In this document: positions 26,205 through 35,823 of the stretch, piece by piece
How positions within the stretch are numbered: position 1 is the stretch's first letter
Layout of the letters: each line of letters starts with the position of its first letter
Virus record (IMG/VR): IMGVR_UViG_2537561980_000012
DNA from: a virus
Lineage: Duplodnaviria; Heunggongvirae; Uroviricota; Caudoviricetes
Reading direction: 5' to 3' (one strand)
Length of the DNA stretch: 44,575 nucleotides
Notes under the pieces: model-generated
The model's input: the letters and a program-made list of their open reading frames with translations, nothing else
What the model was told of the DNA's origin: nothing
Databases searched by the model: none
Translations under genes and position numbers: made by a program

Positions 26205-28618
26205 TTAATACAGGTTCCGCCACTGATCATCTTCCTGCAAACGCTGGCTCCGATAGAAGATACGCAGGCCTGCTCCTGACGGAATACTGCCTCCGCGAAG
26301 GAGTAAATCGACCTCTTTCTCGCTGCCATCAAATCCTCTGGACTTCAGCTCATACACGAGCTGCAGTCGCTGATGGTCTGTAATTCGCTGTTTGTAGTCT
26401 TTACGCCGTTTCGGTTTCACCAGGCATAACCTTGCTGCCAGTTCCCGGCGCTCTTTTTTGCTCATACTGTGCAGGTAATCGTGCAACTCCTTGTCATCCA
26501 TGCTGGTAATGTCCGTTCTGGGGTCCCCATCAGCTGATTTATCTTTCTCCTGTTGGTTCAAATTTTCAGCAAGGGGACAGTTATTGCCACGAGTCCAAGG
26601 GGCGCAAGCGCCCTGGTCGGCTGCCGCCTCCTGAACGTCAACGGCTTTACGAACCATTTTCCACTTCACTGCATGAGTGCAGATCTTGCCCTCTGCAATG
26701 GGTGACCAGATGCCATAAATACGAATACCGTGATCGCCATAGGCGGTCGGCTCTTCGTTGATTTCATAAGCGGTTCTGATGAGGTGATATTTACGGGGAA
26801 CCAGTACGCCGCCCTGCTTCATGATGTAGGTGGCAAAGCAACCAGCATCAGCTGCAGCCAGAATGGCATCAAGGCGCTGGTTATCCAGTACCGGCGCACC
26901 TGCTTTTTTGTCACCCTGTTGCCTTGCCGCCTGACCAGCCAGCAATCGCAGTTCACGGTAAGCCTGACGCCCCGGAATGCCAAAGAAGCGGAATTGCTGA
27001 ACACGATGCAGAGACGCCCAGGCATTAACGTATTCAGCGTTATCACGCAGAGATTTACCCGTTTCCTTGCTGATCTCGCCAGCCAGACCACGCCCGTCAA
27101 TGTTCTTACTGATATATTTCGCGATGTAGCTTGTCGGCGTTCCTTTGCGCGGGTTAATCAACTCAGACTTAAAGCGCGGCCCAGTGTTATTGCCCAGCTC
27201 CTCGCGGTCTTCACGGATGGCAAACTTACGCAGTAATGCAGTGATGGCGCGGCGGCTTTTTTGCGCATAAAACACAACAGGTGCCAGTGAACTGTACCGT
27301 CATGATGCGGCTCAGCCACCCGCACGCCATACCAGCGCAATCCGGCTTTGTGCATCGCCTTACGAAATGCAGCAAACATGCCGACCAGATAGTCGCTGCT
27401 TTGTCTTACCGTCGAGTTTGTCCAGGTCGGGTTGGGTCTGCCGTTATTGAGCGTGGAATGGAAACGCGACGGACAGGTGATAGTGTAGAAAACGGCGCAG
27501 TCACCGCGCATTTCCGCGATAAGCTCCAGACCTTTAACACAGGCCATCATCTCATTGCGGCGATGCGCCGGGTTGCTGCTGCTGGCGTTTACCACATCTT
27601 CCATATCCAGCGTGTCGCCGTCTTCGTTCACCAGTTCATGAGAACGGAAAAACTCCAGCGACTTACGGCGCTGCTCACGTTTATGCATCACGGCTTCATA
27701 GCTGACATAGGGGGATGCTTTTTTGCTGACCAGGCAGACAGCACGCAACTGCTCTTCCCGCCATTCGCAACGCATCTTCCATAATTTCCGATACCACCAG
27801 TCGGCACACAACATACGCGCCAGCGAACCCGGAATGAGTTCATAGGGCACGGGTTTACGGCGGTTTCTTTTCCGACGGAGTTGCTCAAACGCAGGCGGAA
27901 TAACATCCAGACGCAGGGTTTCCGCTGCCACCTTTTCCCATGTTTTGCGGATTTCTTCTGGCTTAACGTCATCGGTGGCATACAAATCACCACAAGCGGC
28001 ATCAAGGCACATGCTCATATGCGCAGCGACAAGGGTGGACAGGCGCTTCACCTGATCCTGACTCATTTCAGGCAGGATAAGCAGGCCATCCAGCCCTTCA
28101 TGGCTTGCCATAAAGCGAAAAGAAGTGGATAGCTGACAGTCGCGGACATGCTCCAGTCGTTCCAGACATGGCTTAATCGTCTCACGCAAATAGCGGGAAT
28201 AAGCCTTTGGCCTGCCCAGGCTGCTGAAATATTCAATACGTTGCATCAGCGGCTTGCTGATATGGGAAGGCTGGGCGTTGACGTCAGCCAGAATGACCAT
28301 GTCCGGATTAAAACGCTGCTGCTCATGCGCCAGCTTTGCCCGGCTAATGAGCTTATCCTGCTCCATTTCGCGCTGGACAGGATCACGGGATTCATTAAAG
28401 AAATAACGCTCCCAGACCTGATCACTCAGTGCCTCGCGGCGCAGTTGTTCCTGCTCGTTATCGGCAGCGTACAGAGTGATCAGGTTTGAAAGTGCAGAAA
28501 CCGGCGCAACTTCCGCCGGGTCCAGATAAGGGTTAATGGCCTTTTTTGGGCTGTTCCATGAGAATGCTGCGGCGACCTCGTTAAAGCCGCTGCAGTTGTT
28601 CATATCAGCATGGCTCAT
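26205..28618 (-). CDS. A: Replication initiation protein A (rolling-circle HUH endonuclease), interrupted by a 1-nt deletion in a T6/A6 run (plus 27257-27262)
   Basis: '[17 protein letters not shown]' then, after a frame change, '[12 protein letters not shown]...[12 protein letters not shown]', colinear with P2 A; adding one A in 'cgcaaaaaagcc' restores the frame. Confidence 0.85.
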
Positions 28619-29472
28619 GCACGCACTCCGTACACGGCGGAACAATCCACGCCACGCGAAGGATCAAATCCTATCCAGCAGCGCGGCCCGGCAACAGCAA
28701 TGATTTCTGTTGCAGATTTACTCTCACCAGCTGCCACGCCGATGCTGCGTTTTGCCTTGATGTAGTGGTGAGTAAAATTGCGATACAGCGAACGGATCAG
28801 GGATGTGTCACTGTTAGAAATAATGACCGGATATCCTTCTGATGACCAATGTTCAAGAACAGATGCCAGGTGATACTGGTCATCTTCAGTGAAACCATCA
28901 GTGTGATAGCCGGAAAACGTACCGTCATAAGGCGGATCGCAATACACCACATCCCCCGCGTGCAACATCGCCAGCGTTTCATCGAAGCTGGCGCAGATAA
29001 ACGTTGCCCGCTGGGCTTTTACTGCAAATGCACGAATTTCTTTTTCAGGAAAATACGGATTTTTATAATTACCGTAGGGAATGTTGAAATGCCCGCTCTT
29101 GTTATAGCGACATAAACCACGGTAACCGTGACGATTGAGATACAGGAAATATATCGCTTTCATAAAATCAGTAATTTCAGTTGAGTAATTAAACTCCTGC
29201 CTTATGTTGTAATAATCCATCTCCCTGTTTGCGTTCTCAAATAAAACTCTGGCGCGAGATATAAACGATTCACAATCAGCGGCAACCTTTTTATAGAGGT
29301 TGATTAAATCAGGATTAATATCCGCAACCAGATAGCTGGGATAATCCGTCTCCATCATCACAGCACAGGAACCCGCGAAAGGTTCAACCAGTCGCGGGCC
29401 AGCAGGAAGATGTTTTTTCAGTTCGGACATTATGGCAGTTTTATTTCCCGCCCATTTCAGGATGGTGCTCAT
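28615..29472 (-). CDS. dam: DNA adenine methyltransferase (Dam family)
   Basis: 'LKWAGNK' and 'DPPY' motifs; ATGA-coupled to the upstream zinc-finger gene and to A. Confidence 0.85.
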   Translation of the reverse strand: MSTILKWAGNKTAIMSELKKHLPAGPRLVEPFAGSCAVMMETDYPSYLVADINPDLINLYKKVAADCESFISRARVLFENANREMDYYNIRQEFNYSTEITDFMKAIYFLYLNRHGYRGLCRYNKSGHFNIPYGNYKNPYFPEKEIRAFAVKAQRATFICASFDETLAMLHAGDVVYCDPPYDGTFSGYHTDGFTEDDQYHLASVLEHWSSEGYPVIISNSDTSLIRSLYRNFTHHYIKAKRSIGVAAGESKSATEIIAVAGPRCWIGFDPSRGVDCSAVYGVRA

Positions 29473-29696
29473 ACAGCACCTCCGTTGTAATGTTTGCCTT
29501 TCAGCTCTGCGATTTCCTGACAGGTAATGCAAAGCTGCACACCCGGAATGGCACGGCGGCGTGCTGGCGGAATTGGCGCTTCACACTCAATGCAAAGCAC
29601 GCGGGACACGCCCGGCGTTTTGGCACGGGCAGCACGGATATGGCGTTGGCGTTCTTCTTCAACGCGCTGCTGTACGAGATCCATTGCATCAGCCAT
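29469..29696 (-). CDS. DksA/TraR-family C4 zinc-finger protein
   Basis: 75 aa with 'CIECEAPIPPARR...CITCQ' four-Cys motif. Confidence 0.75.
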   Translation of the reverse strand: MADAMDLVQQRVEEERQRHIRAARAKTPGVSRVLCIECEAPIPPARRRAIPGVQLCITCQEIAELKGKHYNGGAV

Positions 29697-29935
29697 TAGT
29701 GGATCTCCTGCGCTTCGTTCTGGATTGCTTCAGCAGTCACACGAAGCAGTTCTGCCGCTTCCACGTGGTTTAGCTGGCGGGATGAGATATGACACGCCAG
29801 GCTATCAAGGCGAGCTGCCATTGCTTCAGCCCTTGCCCGGCGTTCTTCCAGACGAGCCTCTGTCAGTAAAATATTAAGCCCTGCGTCAGCCGGTCCGGTT
29901 TTGGTCGAGAGGGTTTCAATATTACGCATAATCAA
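29696..29935 (-). CDS. Hypothetical early protein (79 aa)
   Basis: First ORF of the coupled early cluster; no motif recognised. Confidence 0.5.
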   Translation of the reverse strand: MIMRNIETLSTKTGPADAGLNILLTEARLEERRARAEAMAARLDSLACHISSRQLNHVEAAELLRVTAEAIQNEAQEIH

Positions 29936-29996
29936 TTCTCCTGAATTTAGATAAAGGGATGCCCGGCGGGTTTACGCCATTAATTTCATTAGTTGG

Positions 29997-30338
29997 TTAA
30001 TTCGGCATGGTTAGCCGTCTGGGGAATAAGCTCACCACTGCACGAAAATGATTCATTGCTTTAATCAACTCCCGCTTTTCGTCAGTGGTCAGCTCATTAA
30101 TGCTGATGCTATGACGTTCAGCTGGAATTTTTGCCATAAAGAATATGGCAGCCAGTGCCCGTTTATTTTGTTCGCTATTAATATCGCGTGGATCACGCAT
30201 ATCTTTAATAAACCGTTCAAGCTCTGACTCAATATTCAGACCAAAAACTTTCGCCCTTAACTCCGCAATGTGATTAAGTCCATTCAGGCGTTCACCGGGG
30301 CCTAATGGAACAGTCGCCGCAGCGCCATTAATTGCCAT
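29997..30338 (-). CDS. Hypothetical early protein (113 aa)
   Basis: ORF in early operon; no motif recognised. Confidence 0.5.
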   Translation of the reverse strand: MAINGAAATVPLGPGERLNGLNHIAELRAKVFGLNIESELERFIKDMRDPRDINSEQNKRALAAIFFMAKIPAERHSISINELTTDEKRELIKAMNHFRAVVSLFPRRLTMPN

Positions 30339-30360
30339 AATTCATATTCCCAAAACGCAA

Positions 30361-30752
30361 CTATCGCTCTTTGTTCTTACGGTAACGCTCAAGAGGAGAT
30401 ATATTTTTTCGTATCATCTCTTTAACCTGCTCTCCCCGTAAAAACGTCCCATCCTTTAGCGTGAAAAAGTAACTGCCATCGCCCGACAACGACGGATAAC
30501 AACAGAGCAAATCATCTTCAGATACTGAATAACTCTCCCCTCTGTAACGAAACTGATAAACCACTTCACTTTCCGCTGCATACATTTTGACTTTCTTCGT
30601 ATCCCCGTGGTCAATTCAGACAGCAATTCATCTTGTGAACGGCACGGATGCCAGCGTTTACCATCCTCACCCATGATCCAGCCGTGACCGTAGTGCATTG
30701 CCGGGCTTTGTTTTACCAGCAGCGATGCAAATGATGGTTCTTTCGTCAGCAT
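30361..30752 (-). CDS. Hypothetical early protein, apparently frameshifted at a C4/G4 run (plus 30603-30606)
   Basis: Two overlapping ORFs; adding one G in 'acggggata' joins 'MLTKEPSFASLLVKQ...ELTTG' to 'DTKKVKMYAAESEVVYQF...' as one ~130-aa ORF; the unjoined tail is Cys/Arg-rich and looks non-coding. Confidence 0.5.
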
Positions 30753-30759
30753 AAGCACC

Positions 30760-31269
30760 TCACAGCAAACCGAATGAAGCACCGAGGCCAGTCACGGTAT
30801 CAACTGCACTCGCCATCGCAGGATTAGCCTGTAAACGGGCCTGCAATGAAACAGCAGCCAGCGCCATCAGTCGTGTTACAGAGTTAATGCTGCTGATAGC
30901 ATCACGACGACCTGCACTGGTTTTTACATCGCCAGATACCGCACCTGCAGCAACACGCCCGATCTCTGCGGTTGCACTCATGACGTAATGTGGCAGTTTC
31001 TCTTTTGCCACCTCATTAATCGGTACACATGGCAGACAATGAATCTGTGCCAGAAAACCATCTATCAGCGTTGAGTCTTCTGTCAGATCGGTAAGCAGCC
31101 AGATTTCTGGCGCATTGAGCTGATGCGGTTGATCTGGGTTGAGTTTGTTTCGCAGTGTCTGAACATTCATTCCTGCACGTTCTGCCAGCTTCGCCATATT
31201 GTGACGTAGTGCAAAAGCTCTACAGGCTTCATCAAAATACGGATGTTTGGAAATCTTGTAATCAAACAT
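30760..31269 (-). CDS. cII: CII-like lysogeny-establishment transcription factor (186 type)
   Basis: 169 aa; first long gene of the lytic-direction operon after the apl-like gene, divergent from cI. Confidence 0.7.
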   Translation of the reverse strand: MFDYKISKHPYFDEACRAFALRHNMAKLAERAGMNVQTLRNKLNPDQPHQLNAPEIWLLTDLTEDSTLIDGFLAQIHCLPCVPINEVAKEKLPHYVMSATAEIGRVAAGAVSGDVKTSAGRRDAISSINSVTRLMALAAVSLQARLQANPAMASAVDTVTGLGASFGLL

Positions 31270-31384
31270 GCTGCCCCCTTAGAAAGTTCCCATAATTGAA
31301 CTTACTTACCAACAATGACGCGGAAGTTGGAATGTCCGAGGGATTCACGGACCTGATCAGTTTTGTACATCAGATAACGCAGAC

Positions 31385-31543
31385 TTACGCGGCCTTTGTT
31401 TTTTCTTTCTTGACCATGTACTTAGCAAGTTGACCATGGTGAATTTTTTGGTAAACAGAGCCGCGGGAAATGCCCTCCCACTCTGCGAACTCTGCAGGTG
31501 TTGCCATCTCTTTTGGTACACGAATTGAAATATCAGTACTCAT
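31385..31543 (-). CDS. apl: Apl/Cox-like excisionase and repressor (52 aa as read; possibly truncated by a homopolymer indel)
   Basis: Not in the ORF track (<60 aa); HTH-like 'ATPAEFAEWEGISRGSVYQKIHHGQL'; first gene divergent from cI; A6 run near its 3' end. Confidence 0.5.
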   Translation of the reverse strand: MSTDISIRVPKEMATPAEFAEWEGISRGSVYQKIHHGQLAKYMVKKEKTKAA

Positions 31544-31589
31544 AGTGCAGTATCTCTTACTTTGTGTGCGTGTTAGTTCGTTTTAGCCC

Positions 31590-31616
31590 GTCTCTTAAAC
31601 TCTCACATCAAGAGAC
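31590..31616. promoter_or_regulatory. Inverted repeat GTCTCTT-N13-AAGAGAC in the cI/apl switch region (putative operator)
   Basis: Seen directly in the 121-bp divergent intergenic region. Confidence 0.45.
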
Positions 31617-31630
31617 AAGAAAACATTACG

Positions 31631-31645
31631 ATCTTGATTCAAGAT
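31631..31645. promoter_or_regulatory. Palindrome ATCTTGA-T-TCAAGAT just upstream of cI (putative operator)
   Basis: Perfect 7-bp arms, 20 nt upstream of the cI ATG. Confidence 0.45.
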
Positions 31646-31664
31646 TGTCAAATGGAGATTACCA

Positions 31665-32297
31665 ATGTTAAACATCAGAATGGGTTCCGATACGGGAGGT
31701 AAAGCAGCTATTGAGAGGCTGCTTGCGGCTTATGGATTCACAACTAAGCAGGCATTAAGTGAGCACCTGAATGTCTCAAAAAGCACTATGGCAAACAGAG
31801 TGTTACGTGACAGCTTTCCTGCTGACTGGATAATTCAGTGCGCACTAGAAACCGGTGTTTCGTTGCTTTGGTTAGCTACAGGACAGGGAAGCATGAAAGC
31901 AGGATCTGAGACTGAAAAAAGATCTCATAATGAGAACAAACAAGCAATTAAACCGTTATCTAAACTCATAACTCCATCTATTCCTAAAGGAACCTTGGAG
32001 AATGGACAACTCAGTATTGATGAAGAGATTTTCCTAGACCACAGCATATTACCTGCAAATTATGAAGAATCGATGTTCTTAGAAACCCCTACTGATTGTT
32101 ATCTCATCGATAAATCAGTTAAACAAGTCAGCAATGGATTCTGGCTTATCAATATTGATGGAATGATTATTATTGCAAAAATTATGCGGATTCCCGGCAA
32201 TAAGATTGTAGTAAATCAAGATGAAGCGTCTTTCGAGTGCTCTGCTGATGATGTGGAAGTTATTGGGCGTGCAGTCAAAGTAATAAAGAGTATCTAA
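31665..32297 (+). CDS. cI: CI repressor (186 type, HTH N-terminus plus oligomerisation domain)
   Basis: 210 aa with HTH 'TTKQALSEHLNVSKSTMANRV'; immediately followed by int in the same orientation, as in phage 186. Confidence 0.8.
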   Translation: MLNIRMGSDTGGKAAIERLLAAYGFTTKQALSEHLNVSKSTMANRVLRDSFPADWIIQCALETGVSLLWLATGQGSMKAGSETEKRSHNENKQAIKPLSKLITPSIPKGTLENGQLSIDEEIFLDHSILPANYEESMFLETPTDCYLIDKSVKQVSNGFWLINIDGMIIIAKIMRIPGNKIVVNQDEASFECSADDVEVIGRAVKVIKSI

Positions 32298-32299
32298 AC

Positions 32300-33316
32300 A
32301 TGACTGTCAGAAAACAGCCAAACGGCAAATGGTTGTGTGAGTGCTATCCCAATGGACGCAATGGCAAGCGCGTGCGTAAGCAATTTGCTACGAAAGGAGA
32401 AGCCATTGCTTTTGAAAGCTTCACAATGGAAGAAGTGAATAAAAAACCGTGGCTAGGTGAAAAGGATGATCGGCGACGCCTATCAGAATTAATTGAGCTT
32501 TGGTATTCCCTGTATGGCCAGACACTCGCAGACCCCAAGCGCCTCATGGCGAAACTTAGAATTATCTGTAATGGTCTAGGCGACCCCATCGCCTCAGAAC
32601 TGACAGCCGGTGACTTTACAAAATACCGCGAAGCACGGTTAAAAGGCGACGTTCGTAACGAAGACGGCACACTAATGTCGCCAGTAAAACCACGCACGGT
32701 GAATCTTGAGCAACGTAACCTATCATCGGTTTTCGGCACATTGAAAAAACTAGGCCACTGGTCAGCACCAAATCCTCTCGCCGGGCTGCCAACATTTAAA
32801 ATCGCTGAGGGGGAACTGGCGTTCCTGACCTCGGAAGAAATTAAACGTCTGCTAGATGCCTGCGCTGATTCTCAAAACCCCAGTCTGCTTTTGATTGCAA
32901 AAATATGCCTGGCCACCGGCGCACGCTGGAGTGAAGCCGAAAACCTGCAGGGCCATCAGTTATCTAAATACCGCATCACTTATACCAAGACGAAGGGCAA
33001 GAAAAACCGCACCGTGCCGATATCTCAAGATCTGTATGACGAACTCCCCAAGAACAGAGGGAAGCTATTCACCCCGTGCAGAAAAGCCTTTGAACGGGCA
33101 GTAAAGCGAGCTGGCATCGAGCTGCCAGAGGGCCAATGCACTCACGTGCTACGTCATACATTCGCCAGTCATTTTATGATGAATGGCGGAAACATACTGG
33201 TCCTACGCGATATTCTGGGCCATGCCGATATAAAAATGACGATGATTTACGCCCACTTTTCGCCGGATCATCTTGAAGATGCAGTTACTAAAAACCCTTT
33301 ATGCAACTTAAGATAG
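32300..33316 (+). CDS. int: Tyrosine integrase (P2/186 family)
   Basis: C-terminal catalytic region 'HVLRHTFASHF...LGHADIKMTMIYAHF'. Confidence 0.9.
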   Translation: MTVRKQPNGKWLCECYPNGRNGKRVRKQFATKGEAIAFESFTMEEVNKKPWLGEKDDRRRLSELIELWYSLYGQTLADPKRLMAKLRIICNGLGDPIASELTAGDFTKYREARLKGDVRNEDGTLMSPVKPRTVNLEQRNLSSVFGTLKKLGHWSAPNPLAGLPTFKIAEGELAFLTSEEIKRLLDACADSQNPSLLLIAKICLATGARWSEAENLQGHQLSKYRITYTKTKGKKNRTVPISQDLYDELPKNRGKLFTPCRKAFERAVKRAGIELPEGQCTHVLRHTFASHFMMNGGNILVLRDILGHADIKMTMIYAHFSPDHLEDAVTKNPLCNLR

Positions 33317-33632
33317 AGTAACTTATGAAAATAAACTCAAATTATTTACAAATATAATATTCAGCAGGTTATCCATTCTTATTTAACTCTTCAGACTGAG
33401 ATTAGATTTTATTTATAGAATAAGATAATTTCATATCACAAAAAACCTGTAAGCCCTCATCTTTGTTGTATAAAAACATAAAAGATGCCATATTTAAAAA
33501 AGTAGAAAAGCATTGCAATGCAACATTAAAAATAAACCAATAAAAACCAGTCATTAGAAAATGAAAAAAAAACAAAAACATTTTTTATCAAAGCTTCAGT
33601 CTGACTACTAGTTGGACTCTGCAATTAACTAT

Positions 33633-33662
33633 CAAGATGATCAATATTTATTGATCATCTTG
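33633..33662. repeat. 30-bp near-perfect palindrome containing two GATC sites
   Basis: 'caagatgatcaata tt tattgatcatcttg', 14-bp arms; 34 nt downstream of the deaminase gene stop. Confidence 0.6.
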
Positions 33663-33695
33663 AAGTTGCCCTCAGGAAAGATGAGTATAATATTT

Positions 33696-35438
33696 CTACT
33701 CAAGAAGATATTCTAACTCATCTTTTATCGGGATAACTTGCTCATAAAGTCGGTGATATGACTTCCCAATTGCGCCTCTGAATTGTATTAACTTTGGTGG
33801 CTTGTTACCTATATTAATAATATGGTCTTGAGCTATACCTGGGTAGGGATCAATAAATACAATTTCAGATATACCTAACTGATAAGCTTTTTTCGCACAC
33901 AGCTCACAGGGACTGGCAGTTGTATATAACCTCCCCCCCTGAACGCCAATGCCACCATATTTTGCAAGTTGTAAAAATGCGTTTTCCTCAGCATGTAATG
34001 CACGTGTATGAACTTGATTACCTTTTTTATCTTTATCAAGATCATTATGTATATCTTTAAAACAATAAGATAAGTTCCTGCCTCTATAAATATCACCAGT
34101 TTTATCTATCGCCCTAAAATTTAATAGTTTCTCATTAGCTTTAATTCTGAAAGAACTATTATTTCTCTCATAATGACTGTACACTTTTTCATCAAAGTCG
34201 TTCATTAGGCCATCTAGCGATCTCATAGAGCAAGGAATCTGACCGTTGGCGACATCATTCCAACCCACTGATTTTATTGAATTTTCACCATCAGTTACTA
34301 CAGCTCCCACCTGTCTAGATATACAACCAGAGTTTAATTTTACCGTATACGCAACTTGCATAACCCTTTCCATTGCAGTAGGTGTTATCAGACCAGGATG
34401 CTTCATCAGTGCGATGTACCACGCTAATTGTGCTTTTAAAATATTGTCATTATCAAATTCATTTTTTGGGTTAAAAATGTGTATATCTGATAGTTCAATG
34501 CATTTAGTTACATTTGGATTAGTGAGATGTTTGTAAGAGTTATCACCTTTACCTGACTCTACAGAATCTATTTCCTCTATCTGCTTTTCAGAAAACTTAT
34601 GTAGTTTCCGCAAATAGTTTGTTCGATGTTCATCTGGGGCATTTATTGACATTAAATGAAATGCAGAATATCTATCCTTAAAAAATTTTGCTTCATATGG
34701 ATTTCTAATAGCATCTATGACAATTAATGCGTTATCTCTTTTGCTTTTTCTTATTAATTTAATAACCCTATTAATAGTTTCCGGCAAATGAAAAACAGAT
34801 TTAGGTATAAACTCTTTATCTTCAAAATCGACTTCAATACGCCCACGGCGTCTAATTGACTTACCTGCTAACTGATAGACTGAAACATATAAATTTGAGT
34901 TTATCGCATTTAGTTCAGCTTTGAATTCCTTAGTAAATTTTCTAACTAACCTCAAAATTGATATAAATTTATTAATCGTTTTTTCATTAAGCTTCAATTC
35001 ACTATTATGATCAAGCAAATTCTCAATTACATTTTTAAATCTTGTTAAAATGAGATTATCTGAAAATACACCAAAAGTTAATACATTATCTAAATGCTCT
35101 TTACTGATAGATTTATTAGATGATAGAATAAACTCAGAAGCTTCTTCAACTGTTAACATCAAAAGATACGCTGAGATTAGGTCACTCACCTTAATTGAGT
35201 AAAAATTTTCCCAGTGATTTTCTGCGAATTTTTTAACTATATTATAACGATGGACATCCAATCCCTTGTAAAAACCCTGTAATTTACTTACATCAGGGAA
35301 GACTGTTTTTTCGTTTTCAAGAATATTAGCTGTTGTTGTGCAACCAGAACCAGTTCGACCTGTCAAACCGACTAAAATAAACTGCCCATTTTCAAGGAAA
35401 AGCTCACTAACGAATTTTTTTCTTTCATCACGTCCCAC
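33696..35438 (-). CDS. P-loop nucleotide kinase fused to cytidine/dCMP deaminase (AvcD / defensive dCTP-deaminase type)
   Basis: N-terminal Walker-A-like 'GLTGRTGSGCTTT'; C-terminal zinc-deaminase motifs 'HAEENAF' and 'PCELCAKKA'. Very low GC. ORF as given starts at GTG; an ATG at 35426-35428 becomes in-frame if the T7 run at 35415-35421 is one base short. Confidence 0.75.
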   Translation of the reverse strand: MGRDERKKFVSELFLENGQFILVGLTGRTGSGCTTTANILENEKTVFPDVSKLQGFYKGLDVHRYNIVKKFAENHWENFYSIKVSDLISAYLLMLTVEEASEFILSSNKSISKEHLDNVLTFGVFSDNLILTRFKNVIENLLDHNSELKLNEKTINKFISILRLVRKFTKEFKAELNAINSNLYVSVYQLAGKSIRRRGRIEVDFEDKEFIPKSVFHLPETINRVIKLIRKSKRDNALIVIDAIRNPYEAKFFKDRYSAFHLMSINAPDEHRTNYLRKLHKFSEKQIEEIDSVESGKGDNSYKHLTNPNVTKCIELSDIHIFNPKNEFDNDNILKAQLAWYIALMKHPGLITPTAMERVMQVAYTVKLNSGCISRQVGAVVTDGENSIKSVGWNDVANGQIPCSMRSLDGLMNDFDEKVYSHYERNNSSFRIKANEKLLNFRAIDKTGDIYRGRNLSYCFKDIHNDLDKDKKGNQVHTRALHAEENAFLQLAKYGGIGVQGGRLYTTASPCELCAKKAYQLGISEIVFIDPYPGIAQDHIINIGNKPPKLIQFRGAIGKSYHRLYEQVIPIKDELEYLLE

Positions 35439-35623
35439 TTATGAATGTAAGAATATTCAACATATTAATTATAATTTATTAACTCATTTTGTTCTAGATA
35501 CTTGATGTAATGGCGGCACTTTGGCGACGGAGCATTAAAAACGCGTAAGACGAGCAAATACAACAAAACACTAACACATTGTTTTTAAATATAAATAGCT
35601 GTTTTTACTATACTAAAAATGGT

Positions 35624-35661
35624 ATGTAGGAATTTCGGACGCGGGTTCAACTCCCGCCAGC
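35624..35661 (+). other. 38-nt copy of the ssrA (tmRNA) 3' end: attachment-site remnant
   Basis: 'atgtaggaatttcggacgcgggttcaactcccgccagc' matches the E. coli ssrA 3' end as I recall it but lacks the terminal 'tccacca' and all upstream ssrA sequence. Confidence 0.8.
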
Positions 35662-35823
35662 CAATCATGATTGGACGGTATAAGGACAACACCAATAAAA
35701 ACAGTAAGTTAGCAGTCTCAGCAGGACACCGACCAGACGGTGAAGAGACATAAAAGGATACGCAAAGGAGCCGCGGCTCCTGGTGACATGAAAGCCCACA
35801 GATGTGGGCTTTTTCGTTGATGG

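Noticed and set aside
35624-35661. Possible complete ssrA (tmRNA) gene
   Set aside because: Only the last 38 nt match; no upstream tmRNA sequence and the terminal 'tccacca' is missing, so it is an att-site remnant.
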